Assembly (NCBI GenBank): GCA_013265495.1
Contig: PNXW01004556.1
Coordinates: forward strand, 1 to 64,000
DNA length: 64,000 nt
Reading direction: 5' to 3'
Origin: Vicugna vicugna
Lineage: Eukaryota
The notes beneath the pieces are model-generated. The model ran no database searches and was not told the DNA's origin. It saw nothing but the letters and a program-made list of their open reading frames with translations. Within the stretch, counting starts at the first letter, position 1; each line of letters begins with the position of its first letter. A program made the position numbers and the translations under genes. Positions 13,821 to 26,359 of this stretch are shown one piece after another.

Positions 13821-14699
13821 TACTTTTTTACACTGACATTTCCTTTTATCTCTTTTTATTTCTCATTTTTATTTATTTTATTTTGCTGTGTGTTTTTGAG
13901 ACATGCTTTACATTCTTTATGAAACAAAATGAATATGAATAGATCATACATGCACTCACATATGATTTTGGGCATATTATATGCTCCTAAAATATTAATA
14001 TGCCATATGCTTTATAAAGAAAAATTATTGACTAAACAAAAGTATAGTTATTTCTTCTCCAACAGGGTTTAAATTTACTCTTCTCAATACTGTGTGCAAA
14101 GCAGAGGCAAAGATGAGGCAGAGATGATAAAGCCTGAAAGGCTCTATCATGAGTAAGTTTACTATCATACAGCAAACAGGATTATGTAAATGAAAAGATT
14201 AACACTGTTGAGTGTCACACAAATGTTGGGTGATATTATTGTAACAATCTAGTCTTATGACACCCTGAGGCTTCTTGAATAACAGAGAACTGCTGATGTA
14301 ATGAGAGCACATGTTTTAGAAATATGATATAAAGTGTATGTCTAGAATCCTCCTCAAATTTGTCATGTAATTAGCTTCTCCTATGATTGCCTTTGTGGGC
14401 ATTTTCCCCCTCCTATAACTTTGTGAATACCTGAAATTTTCAACAAGCATCAATATTTTTCTTAACACAAGGATATTAGGGTTCCTGGATGGCACTGTGC
14501 AGAGCTCTACAGACACTCTCCTTGGCAAAACAACTATAACTGTTAAAGCTACTTGAAATATATTTTAAGGCTCTGGAAATTGTCCTAAGGGCATATGGCA
14601 AATGGAGAATCATCCTGTCAAGAAAACCTAGTATCTTAATAATAAGAATGGGCGACGGTGGCATTTGAGCCATGACTTGCTCCTTCCTCTGTCTCCCAG

Positions 14700-17600
14700 C
14701 TTGGCATGATGGAAGCTGTACTATGGGTAGGCGAAGCCAGGAGCAGGTGACCACCTCTACCCCAGCTCCCATTCTACTGCTCAGTACCAGCCCTGGAGGA
14801 GCAAACACCCAGCATTTCTCATCCCTACTCACAAGCCTGGGCTTTCTGTTGTAGAAGATTTCTTCCAGGCAAAAGCAGCTGAGACATCTGAGGTTCCTTT
14901 CTTCCACTTGGTCCCCACTCATAGGAAACTCCACTGTGTGGCAAGAAGAGAATATTGGACTCAGGTACCTCCACCACAGCTAGCTGAGAAGATGAATGTT
15001 TCACACCAAAAGAGGCAAGCCAAGAAGACTATAGAGTCTCATGCCCCCAGCCAGTGCCCCATTCATAAAAGCAGGGTGTCACTACGGAAGACGTGGGCCA
15101 CTGTCCCCACCTCCAGCTCTGGTGAAGTTTGTCCAGGGGAAGATGTAGCCTTTAAGAGCAGAGATCTTCAAAGGTCCCCTCAAGGAGCTAAATGCATTCG
15201 GAATAATAAATTCCACAATGTGGAAGTTCAAGCCCATGTGTGCTGTCAAAACACTGAGAGCAACAAGCTCAACGGTAGAGCAGCCATGAATTGCAGAGAA
15301 GCATGAGAGAGACAGCTAAGGGGAGGCCCTCTGGAGTTGAAACAAACTTCAAAGATGTCTTTAAGACTACCCTTTCAAAAAGGCTGGAATTTACATCACA
15401 GTGTGAAGCAGTTTACACCCCATGACATTACTGGAAACGCAGCAATCAGCTGGTGATTGGTAGAGGGAATGGTAACAACAGAGGCACACAGCTTAACAGA
15501 GAGGCCTGGGAAATAAACTGTCAAAGAGGACGATGCTAAGATCACTGTTGCACTGGGGTGACTCTGTGCAAGTCCAACACTATACCCTCTGAAGAGGCGG
15601 CACACAGAGAAAGTAAACAGATTGAAATAGTCCAGGTATGTCATTAAACAAATAAACAAGCAAACAACAAAGAAACCATCAAGCCTCTATCTGGGGGGAG
15701 GGAAGGGTGAATCAGTGTCCAGAATTGCTATAGTGTATTATCTAAACAACCAGGATGCAACAAAAATTATGAGAAATAAAAAGAAACAAGGAAACTTGAC
15801 CCATACATAGGAAAAACTAGGCAGTAAAAACCAACCTTTGAGATGCCCCAGATGTTGGACAAAGACTTCAGAGCAAGTATTATATGTTCACAGAAACCAT
15901 GCTTAAAGGATGAAGATGAAAACATCTTACAAAACAGATATCAACAAAGAGAGAAATTATAAGATAAAAATAATGGAACTGTTAGAACTGAAAACTACAA
16001 AAACCAAAATGAAAAATTCATCAGGGGGCTGAACAGTAGATTTAAGCTGACAGAAGAAAGAATAAGCAAAGGTGAAGACAGATCAGTAGAGCTATGCAGT
16101 TAGAACAGAAAGAAAGAATAAAGAAAAAAAAAGTGAATAGAGTCTTAGAGAAATGTGAGGCCCCATTAAGCTCCAATACTCATATGAGAGTACCTGAGAA
16201 AAAGGAGCCGAAAGAGTATTTTTAAAAAATGGCTGAAAACATCCCAAACTGAAAATAATATCAACCACAAAAAAATCTACACATGCAGAAAGCTCAACAA
16301 ACTCCAGTAGGATAAAGACAAGAGATCTAAAATCAGACACATCAGAGTGAAAAAGCCAAAGACAAAGAGAAAATCTTGAAAACAGCCAAGAAAAAAAAAA
16401 AAGTCCAAAAACACAAACAAAAAAAACTTGTCACACACAAAGGAACTACGCAAAAAGACTAACAGTTGACTACTCATCAGAAACAATGGAGGCCAGTTCG
16501 ATGATACATTCAGAGTTCCAGAAGACAAAGAAACCCCATCATCAAAGACTCTTACATCCAGCAAAAATATCTGTGCAAAGTGAAGGTGGAACAAAGGCAT
16601 TCACAGATAAACAACAACTGAGAGAATTCGTTGATGACGGACTCATCTTATTGGGAATATTAGAAAAAGCTCTTCAGGCTGAAAGCATGTGAACACAGAC
16701 AGTAATTGTACCCTGCAAGAAAAAACACAGAGTGCCAGTAAAGGGCCTTCTATAGGTATTTATAAAAGAAAATATAATCATATGTTTCTTTGCCTAACTG
16801 TTTTAAAAGGCAATTATATACAACAAGAAGTATGTGATTGCATTGTTGGCCCATTTACACATAGAAATATAATATATTTGACAATAAGCACAAAGGAGAT
16901 GGGTGAGAGCAAAGCTATATTGGAGCAAGGAAATGAAACCAAAAGGTAACTTGAATTCACAGGAATAAATGTTGAGAATCAAAAATGGTAAGTAAGAAGT
17001 TTAATATAACAATCCCTATGGCTATATATTTATTCTCTTTTTTCTCTCAGCTTCTTAAAAGGACATAAAATTACACAGAGCAATACTTATCACAACGTAT
17101 CTTGGGGTTTGTAATATAAGTAGATGTAATGCACATAATAATAAAAGCATAAAAGAGGGGAAGAGAGAATAAAAGTATATAGGAATAACATGTCTATGTA
17201 TCACTCAGATTAAATCAGTATAAATTTGAAGCAGAGTCTGATAAGTTAATGTATATTGCAAGCCCTAGAATATTTACCAAGAATATAACTAAAAATAGTT
17301 TAAGTCATTTGAGGAATTAAAGTGTTACAATGAAGTAAATTCATTTAATGCAAAATAAAGCAGTAAAGAAGGAACAGAGACACAAAAACACATAGAAAAC
17401 ATAAAAGAATAATAGCAGATGCAAATCCAACTTTACCAATAGTAATATTAAAGGTGAATGGATGAAACAATCTAATCAAAAGGTGGATATTTAATCAGAC
17501 TGGATGTTTAAAAAGATTCAATTATATTGTGTATACATTGTGTATATATTGTGGTTACACACTTGAGATTCAAAGATACAAACAGCCTGAAAGGAGAAGA

Positions 17601-18755
17601 TATAATATCTAAGCAGCAAACATAAGAAAGCTAAAATGACTGTGTTAATATCAAACAAAATAGACTTCAAGACAAAAAAATGGTACAAGCAATTAAGATG
17701 GACATTTTATAATGAAGTAAAGAGTCCATCTATCTGGAGAATAAAACAATTATAAATATGTATACTTCTAACAACAGACTTCCAAAACGCATGGAGCAAA
17801 AACTTATAGAATTGAAGGGATAAGCAGACAAATCTACAAAAATATCTGGAGATTTCAATATCCTACTTTCAGTAGTGGATAGAACAGCTAGGCAGGAGAT
17901 TAATAATGAAGTAGTGAGTTAAAAAAATAGTATAAATCAGCTGGACCCAACAGATATCTATATAATACTCTACCCAACAAAAAAGAATGCACAATATTCT
18001 CAATTGTATATGGAACACTCTCGAGGTTAGACCATTTTCGAGGTCATAAAAGAAGCCTCAATAAATTAAAAGTCCTGAAATCATGTAAAGTATGTGCACT
18101 AACCACAATGGAGTAAAACTGGAAATTAACAATAGAAATATGTGAGATTCAAGAATATGCGGAAATTCAAAAACATACTCCTGAATAACTAACAGGTCAA
18201 AGAAAACGACAAAGGGAATTGCTAAAATATGGGATGAAAGAAGGTCCGTTAGTACCGTTACTGAGAGAGTAACATTATGAACATAAAAACGATTAAAAGA
18301 GTGTACTATGAAGAACTGTAGGCCAATAGTTGGATAGTTTAGATAAAAAGTACACATTTCTAGAAAGACACAAACTTAATAAAACTAACTCAAGAGGTAG
18401 AACGTCTAAATATAATTACAGCAAGTAAAGAGACTGAATTACTAATTAAAAACATTCCCACAACGAAAATTCCAGGTGACTTCACTTGTGAAGTCCACCA
18501 AGTTTTTTTTAAAGAATTAATTCAAATTCTTCACAAAATCTTCTCCAAAATAGAAGAGGAAGGCACACTTCCTAACTGATTCTATGAGACTGGAGAGACT
18601 GATATCAGAACTAAATAAAGATATCATAAGAAAAGAAAATAATATATAAATATATATTATAAATATATAAATATATATTATATATATATATACAATACGC
18701 CAAATCTATGTACCAAAAACTATAAGAAACTGATGAAAGAAATTAAAGAACACGT
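14700..18755 (+). mobile_element. Ancient L1M-type element: probable 5'UTR, ORF1, long inter-ORF region and deleted ORF2; 5' boundary approximate
   Basis: ORF1p C-terminal remnant RLLHPAKISVQSEGGTKAFTDKQQLREFV (16486-16692). Endonuclease-like DNA from ~17440 (gtaatattaaaggtgaatgga...); later ORF2 pieces to ~18750. Confidence 0.8.
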
Positions 18756-18759
18756 TCTA

Positions 18760-21700
18760 TGGAAATGGAAACACAACACTCCAAAATCTGTGGGATGCAG
18801 CAAAATCAATTCTAAAAGGGAGGTTTATAGCAATGTAGGCCTTCCCCAAGAGACCAAAACAAAACAAAACAAAAAAACCAAAAACCAAAACAAAAAACAC
18901 CTCAAGTGAACTACCTAACCCACCACCTGAAAGAATTAGAAGAGAAGCAAAAGAAGCACAAAGGCCACAGGAGGAAGGAAATAATGAAGATCAGGGAAAA
19001 AATAAATAAAATAGGGATAAAAAATAGAAAAATCAATGAAACCAGGGCTGGTTTTTTGAAAGGAAAAAGAAAATTGAGAAACCTTTAGCCAGCTCACCAA
19101 GAATGAAGAGAGAGGGCACAAATAAACAAAATAAGAAATGCAGTAGGAGAAATAACAGCCAATACCAAAGAGACATGAAAAATCATAACAGAATGCTCTG
19201 AACAGTTATAGTCCAACAAACTGGACAACCTAGAAAAAATGGACAAGTTTCTAGACACACACAACCTGCCAAGATTGAATCAAGAAGAAACGGACAATTT
19301 GAACAGACTGATCACTAGAAGGAAAATCCAATCTGTAATTTAAAAAACTCCCAGTAAACAAAAGTGCAGCAATGGACAGCATCACAGGGGAATTCTAACA
19401 AACACATAAAGAAGAACTAACACCTGTTTTTCTGTAACTATTCAGCACATTGAAGAGGACACTCCCAAATTCATTCAGTGAGGCCCACCATCACCCTGAT
19501 ACCAAAAACAAAGACACTACAAAAAAAGAAAATTACAGGCCAACATCTCTGAGGAATAGAGATGCAAAAATCCTCAACAAAATATTAGCAAACCAAATCC
19601 AACAATATGCAAAAGGGACTGTACCCCATGATCAAGTTGGACTTATTCCAGATTCACAAAGATGACTCTACATCTGCAAATCAATCAGTGTAATACACCA
19701 CATCAGCAAAAGAAAAGACCAAAACCACATGATGGTCTTAACAGATGCAGAAAAAGTATTGGGTAAATTCAACAGCCCTTCATGATGTTGAAAAAACCCC
19801 TCTCATCAGTGTTGATATAAAGGGAACAGCTCAATGTAATAAAGACCATTTATGACAAACCCACAGCCAATATCATATGAGTAATGAAAAGCTGAAAACT
19901 TCCTCTCTAAATTCATGAACAAAACAAGAATTCCCACTCTCGCCACTTCTATTTATTGGAAGCTGTAGCCACAGCAATCAGATTAAAAAAAAAAAGAAGA
20001 AAGGAATGGCATTCAAATTGGAAGGGAAGAGGTAAAACTGTAACTATTTGTAGATGACATGATACTTTATGTAGACAACCCTAAAGTCTCCACCCAAAAA
20101 GTATTACAACAAATAAACACACTCAGTGAGGTTGGAGGATGCAAGATTAATACACAGAACTCTACTGGGTTTCTGCACATTAAAAATTAAACAGCAGAAA
20201 GAAATTGAAAAAAAAAACTCATTTAAAATCACTTGAGAAAGCCTAAAATACTTAAGAATTAACTTAACCAAGGAGATGAAAGACCTATACTCTGAAAATT
20301 ATAAAACACTGATGAAGGAAATTGAAAATAATGCAAAGAAATGGAAAAATGTCCCCTCCTCTTGAATCACAGAATTAACATTGTTGATGTGGCCATACTA
20401 CGCAAAGCAATCTACAGATTTAATGTAGTTTCTATAAAAATACCCATGGCATTTTTCACAGAATTAGAACAAGTAATCCTAAAATTCATATGGAACCACA
20501 GAAGACCCCAAATAGCCAAAGCAATCTTGAGAAAAAAGAATGAAGCTGCAAGTACAACACTCTCCGACTTCACACTATACTGCAAAGCCACAGTAATCAA
20601 AATAATGTGCTACTGACACAAAGAAGACGTACAATTCAATGGAACAGGACAGGGAGCCCAGAAATAAGCCCATGTACCTACAGTCAATTAATCTACCATA
20701 AAGGATGCGAGAATATATGATGGGGAAAAGGCAGGCTCTTCAACAATTTGTGCCGGGAAAACTGGAGAGTTACATGTGTAACAATGAGATTAGAACATTC
20801 CCTCACACCATATATAAAAATAATCTCAAAGTGGATTAAAGACCTAAATGGGAGACAAGAAACCATAAAACTCCTAGAAGAGACTATAGGCAGAACACTC
20901 TTTGACATAAATCATAGCAATGGTTTTCTGGAACTGTTTCCTAAGGCAAAGGAAATAAAAGCAAAAAAAAAAGTAATCTAATTAAACACAAATGCTTTTG
21001 CGCAGCAAAGGAAACCATCTATAAAATAAGACAACCTACTAAATGGGAGAAAATATTTGCAAATGATATGCCTGACAAGAGGTTAATATCAAAATATATA
21101 CACAGTTCATGTAACTGAATATAAAAAAACTCAATCAAAAAATGTAAAGATTATCTAATAGACATTTTCCCAATGAAAACATACAGACATACAGATAGCC
21201 AACAGGCCCATTATATGATGTTTAACATCGCTAATCATCAGCGAAATGCAAATCAAAATCACCCCACACTTGTCAAGAATGGTTGTCGTCAAAAAGTCTA
21301 CAAATAACAAATGTTAGAGAACATTTGGAGAAAAGTGATCCTTTGTACACTGTTAATGGGACTGCAAATTGGTGCAACCACTCTGGAAAACAGTATGGAA
21401 TTTCCTCAAAAACAAACAAACAAACAAACAAACTGAAAATAGAACTACCATATCATTCAGCATTTCCACTTCTAGGAAATATCCAAAAATAAAGAAAACA
21501 TCAATTCAAAACAATACATGAATCCAATTATTTATAGCAGTATTACCTACAAGAGCCAAGATACGGAAGCAACCCAAGTGTCCATCCACAAATGAATGAA
21601 TAATGGAGGTTTTATTTTTTCTTCCTGTTTTACTGTTTTTATTCTATGACCCCGGACAAATTTTCGAACCTCTGGTCAAGGTTCATTAACACAAAAGCCG

Positions 21701-23135
21701 TAAATGCGAAATCCTGGGGAACGAGGGACAGTGGACTCTATACTGGACTTCAAGCCGAGATGCTAAAACGCTGGCAGTGCCCCGACGTCCTGCACCGGGG
21801 GGACGGCACCGGGCTGCACGCTGCTGACGGCTGTGAAGGAACAATCCCACCCCCTCAGCTCCGGGTGCAGCCCCCGGGCCTGGGGGCCCGCGCCCGCGGA
21901 GGGGGGGACCTGCTGACGCCGCAGAGCAGTGCTGAGACTCGTACTGCGGAGTGTGATCGCGGCTGACGTGGGGACATGTGAGCACGGAGGGGGGACGGAC
22001 ACGTGGCTGCGAAGCCACAGGCGGGGCTACGCTGACTCTCATTTATAACTGAGTCCCGCCCTCAGTGACCTGCCTTCGGGACCAGCCTAACCCAGGGCTG
22101 GCCCCAGACGCGCAGACTGAGCCCCGGCAGGGACGGCGGTGGGCCTCGGGACGTGCCGGCCTCGCCGGGTGGCAGCAGGCACTGCCATCGGTGGGCAAAG
22201 CCTTGGAGGGACGGGCTGCCCTGAGCAGTGGGCCACCGACGCCGCGGCCCGGCTCCCGGGACAGCTCTGTGAGTGAGGCCGCCTCAGTCCTTACGCGCCG
22301 CGGACGAGCCGGGCAAAGGGGGCGAGCCCGGGGGCCGCGGGCCCCAGCGCGCTCCTGGGGGGCCTCAAGCTTGACCGCGGCCCTGAGGGCCCCGCGCCGC
22401 CGCGACAGCTGCCGCTGCGTGAAGAACACGGAGCGCGGCGCGCGCAGCTGCCCCGCCTCCTGCGCCCGGAAGCAGGGCTGCCCCTCCGCGAAGCGGCCCA
22501 CGGCGTCAAAGGACGCGGCCGCCTGCTCCCAGGCCGCCGCCGCCGCCGCCTCCGACCCCAGACCCGCGGTGGCCGCGCCTGGCCCCTCTTCGGCGGCCGT
22601 GCTCCCCAGCAGGCCTCGGCTGGGCTGGGAAGGAGCATCTCCCCCGAGCCCGGGGATGTGTGCGAACGTCTGTTCGTGAGGTTTAATCCTGAGACGCTCG
22701 GGCTCCTCCTCCGAATATGCAGTGGAATATTACTCAGCCATAAAAATGAAATTCTACCTTTCGCAGCAACATGGATGAACCTAGAGTTTATTATGTTTAG
22801 GGAAATAAATCAAACAAAAGATAACTCTATGCCATCATTTATTTATAGAATCCAAAAAAAAAGAAATATAACAAAACAGAAAGAGATTCACAGATATAGA
22901 AAACAATCTAGTGATTACCAGTGGGGAAAGAAAAGAGGGGTGGGGCAAATTAATGGTGAGGATTAAGAGGTACCAACAACTAGATAGAGAATAAATAAGC
23001 TACAAGGATATGTTTTACAGCAGAGGGAATATAGTCAATATCGTATAATAATCTTTAAAATACTGAATTACTATGTTGTATGTCTGAAACTAATATAATA
23101 TTGCAAATAAACTATGCTTCAATTGAAAAAAAAGA
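18760..23135 (+). mobile_element. LINE-1 (L1MA-like), 5'-truncated, interrupted at 21610-22714 by a retrocopy
   Basis: ORF2 remnants [26 protein letters not shown] and [22 protein letters not shown]. The L1 stops at aatgaatgaataatggagg (21609) and resumes at atatgcagtggaatattactcagcc (22715); A-tail at ~23126-23133. Confidence 0.93.
21610..22714 (-). pseudogene. JRK: 5'-truncated retrocopy of JRK (jerky; CENP-B/pogo-derived protein): C-terminal coding part, 3'UTR and poly(A) remnant
   Basis: The minus frame from 22714 reads SEEEPERLRIKPHEQTFAHIPGL...AWEQAAASFDAVGRFAEGQPCFRAQEAGQLRAPRSVFFTQRQLSRRRGALRAAVKLEAPQE. This matches the recalled human JRK C-terminus (AWEQAAVAFDAVLRFAERQPCFSAQEVGQLRALRAVF..RRRRGALGAVVKVEALQE). 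Minus-strand AATAAA at 21643-21638 is followed by an A-rich tail at 21620-21610. Sharp junctions with L1 on both sides. Confidence 0.85.
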
Positions 23136-23243
23136 CAGTATGTGCCATGGGTAGTGTACATACTAAAAGTTAGATGTGTAGGTAAGTAGTGTTACCTCGC
23201 TATTATCATCCTTTATGTAATCAATACAGTGTTAAAGACACAC

Positions 23244-24200
23244 ACATTATCTCCTTTAGTTCTCGAACTGCCCTTGAGGAATACTTATATCCTACGGTTG
23301 GACATCTTTATGATTATTACCTTAAACTCTTTATTGGGTAAATTGCTCATTTCTACTTTATTTAGTTCTTTTTCTGAGTTTATGTGCTGTTAATTTATTT
23401 GAAGCATATTCTGCTGCTTCCTCATGTTGCCCAGTTCTCTGAGTTTATTTCTATATGTTATTTAGGTTGCTTATATTTTCCACCTTTAGAGAAGTGGCCT
23501 TACATGGGAGATGTCCTAAGGAGCCAGCAGCTTCCTCCCCTCTGGTCACCAGAGCTCTATGCTCTACGGGTGCCCCTGTTCTGCCCATGTGCACCCTTCT
23601 ACTCTGTATACAGTGGTAGGTGGTGGTGACCCCTGTCCTGGTTGTCTGAGGCTCTGTCTCATGCAGTGGCTGTGGGCACACTGGAGAGTGGAGTTGTCTT
23701 CGCATGCAGTTGGCCATGTGACGTTATCTCCTTTAGTTCTCGAACTGCCCTTGAGGAATACTAATATCATCCTACGGTTGGACATCTTTATGATTATTAC
23801 CTTAAACTCTTTATTGGGTAAATTGCTCATTTCTACCTTATTTAGTTCTTTTTCTGAGTTTATGTGCTGTTAATTTATTTGAAGCATATTCCGCTGCTTC
23901 CTCATGTTGCCCAGTTCTCTGGGTTTATTTCTATATGTTATTTAGGTTGCTTACATTTTCCACCTTTAGAGAAGTGGCCTTACATGGGAGATGTCCTAAG
24001 GAGCCAGCAGCTTCCTCCCCTCTGGTCACCAGAGCTCTATGCTCTAGGGGTGCCCCTGTTCTGCCCATGTGCACCCTTCTACTGTGTATACAGTGGTAGG
24101 TGGTGTTGACCCCTGTCCTGGTTGTCTGAGGCTCTGTCTCATGCAGTGGCTGTGGGCACACTGGAGAGTGGAGTTGTCTTCGCATGCAGTTGGCCATGTG
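23244..24200. repeat. Near-identical tandem duplication of ~480 bp (23244-23720 / 23721-24200)
   Basis: Both copies run from ac(a/g)ttatctcctttagttctcgaactgccc to cgcatgcagttggccatgtg. The ORF track shows duplicated ORFs offset by 480 nt (23384/23864, 23451/23931). Confidence 0.97.
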
Positions 24201-24430
24201 GTCCAGGGGCTCAGAGTTGATGCTGGCCCACTGGCAGGCAGGTCCCTGATGCTAACACACCAGAGGGAGGATTCCAATGTGGGGCTCACCAGAGCTGGTG
24301 GTATTGCACATGAGGAGCCCCCAGGTGGCTGCCACCCAGGTCTCTGTCCCCAGCACGAGTCCTAGCTGCCTCCTTCCTCTCGAGGAGGCTCTCTAAGATC
24401 AGGAAGTGGGTCTGGCCCAGGCTGTTCCTA
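23290..24430 (-). mobile_element. Old L1 5'-region/ORF1 N-terminal fragment (partly duplicated)
   Basis: Minus-strand MSNLPNKEFKVIIIKM resembles L1 ORF1p; flanking sequence resembles an L1M 5'UTR. Confidence 0.7.
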
Positions 24431-26359
24431 CAGTCTGTCCTGCTCTGGCTGAGCAGATGACACTGCCCATTCTCACCATCTTCAGTTCAGCTCAGAGGCA
24501 GCTCACAGCTCAGAGCACCAGGAGGAACAAAGGTCTGTGTGGAAAGTAGTACTTTTGAGATAAATGTTTTGTGTGCCTGGAGCAGTAGGAAGGGGGTAAC
24601 ATTCACATACAGTTATAATCATAGTCCTCATGTTATGTTAGAACTGCTGACAGAAGATCAAATAAAGTGATTACCTGTAAAGCACACAGAACAGTGCCTG
24701 GCACACAGTGAGCACTGTTTAAATGCCAGTGAGCCTCCCCTTCCTCTCTCTGCTTCCTGTTATTGTCATTGTTTACTACTGTTTTGTGACGGGAAGATGT
24801 GCAGTTTAATGACTTCTGATCTGTTGCAGCCTCCCTGCCTCACACCACTTTTCTAAATTTAACCCTTTTGTGCAATTCAATCCAATTTAATACAATACAT
24901 TTTGATCATCCACTCTGGGCAGAACATTGTATGGAAGGGAGTGTTAGCAAATAAATAGCTAAATAACGTTTTCCCTGCCTTCAGAGAACAATCTGATTTG
25001 AAAGAGGTGTAACGCACACCAGGCAGTCTGCTTTGTGAAAGGACGGCTGGGGAAGGGAGCCAGTGACTAACAGCAACTCATCAACACTTGAAAGGGGGAA
25101 AGGGATGCTTCCACAGCAGTGGCTTCAGGGGACCAGGGTTTATAGGGACCAGAATACAGCTGCTCTCCAGCCAGCTCCAGTGTCTTCTTTCATCATCCAA
25201 ATGGCTTCAAACCTTAAAGACAGCTGGGCTTAAAAAGCGCATCCTGGGGCTCTGTTGAGGGCTGAGCTAAGAGAACAGTGGAATTGGGCAGAGCTTCTTC
25301 TGGCTGACTGGGCTTTGTTGGGAGATCAGCATGGAAACTTGGAGGGAGAATGAAAACAAAGGAAGCTGGGTGCTTAGAGCTGAAAATGGGGGCAGATATC
25401 TGCCCTGGGTTGGTGGGCCAGGGAGTCTCCCTGATGCTCAAAAGGTCTAGAGGAGACAGAAAGGATGAGGTAGGTCTTCCTGCTTGAGACAGGAAATGGA
25501 CAGGAAGAATGGGAGGCAGGGAGGCTCCCTGGAGGTATCGCAGTGGAATTTTGACAATTTGGGTGTGGCTAATCCTAACCTTAATCCCACAACTTCTGTC
25601 ATGACCTGGGTAATCACTAAATGCCCACTGTTTAGAACGCTTCAACCTGGGCCCTGGAAACCCACTCAAGGAAAGAACAATCTATGCAAGGGAGCCTCGC
25701 TGCCAGAAACACTGAGGCTGGATAATCAGAAAACACACTCAGGTAAGAAAGCTTCTGAAAGAGCTACTTGAACATCTGAATAAAACATTAGAGTAACAGT
25801 AAGTATCCTTAAGGAGATTCAAGAGCTGAAGCTAAACAGACATCTTTTGGCTAAAACATTCAGCATCAGCATTAAAAGACCCAAAGAAATGGCTTAGAAA
25901 ATCAAGTGCAAGAAATATATTTGAACACAAAGCAGAAATGAAAAAAAAAAAAGATGTAAAACCATGAGGAAATTTTAAAGAAATTTACAGAATTGCTTTC
26001 AAACATTATTATTATTTTTTTTTTTACTGCAATCCATGCAGGGCTGTAATGGAAATAAAAATTTCACAAAACAATACTTACCCTTACTCCATGTGCTGTG
26101 CACTCTGACATTTTCTATTCTGTTATTTCATTTTTTAAAAAATTCTAGTCACCACTAAAGGGTGAGGTATAGTTTTCAAAACATTCATAGAATGGATATG
26201 AGAGACCTAGCATGCCACCAATAAGAGTCCCAGAAGGAGAAAAAGGAACTGATGGAGAAGAGGTAATAACTTCAAAAAATACTAGAAGACAATTGTTTTG
26301 AGATGAAGAAAGCACTCCTCTAGTTTCATGCTGGATTTTAAGTAAAAGACCCATTTATT

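Noticed and set aside
22065..22679. 204-aa plus-strand ORF and overlapping ORFs in the GC-rich insert
   Set aside because: These are antisense or alternate frames of the JRK remnant: low-complexity R/A/P/G sequence, expected from stop-poor GC-rich DNA.
23244..24200. CRISPR-like or other prokaryotic repeat system
   Set aside because: It is a simple two-copy duplication in eukaryotic DNA; there is no repeat-spacer array or operon structure anywhere in the window.
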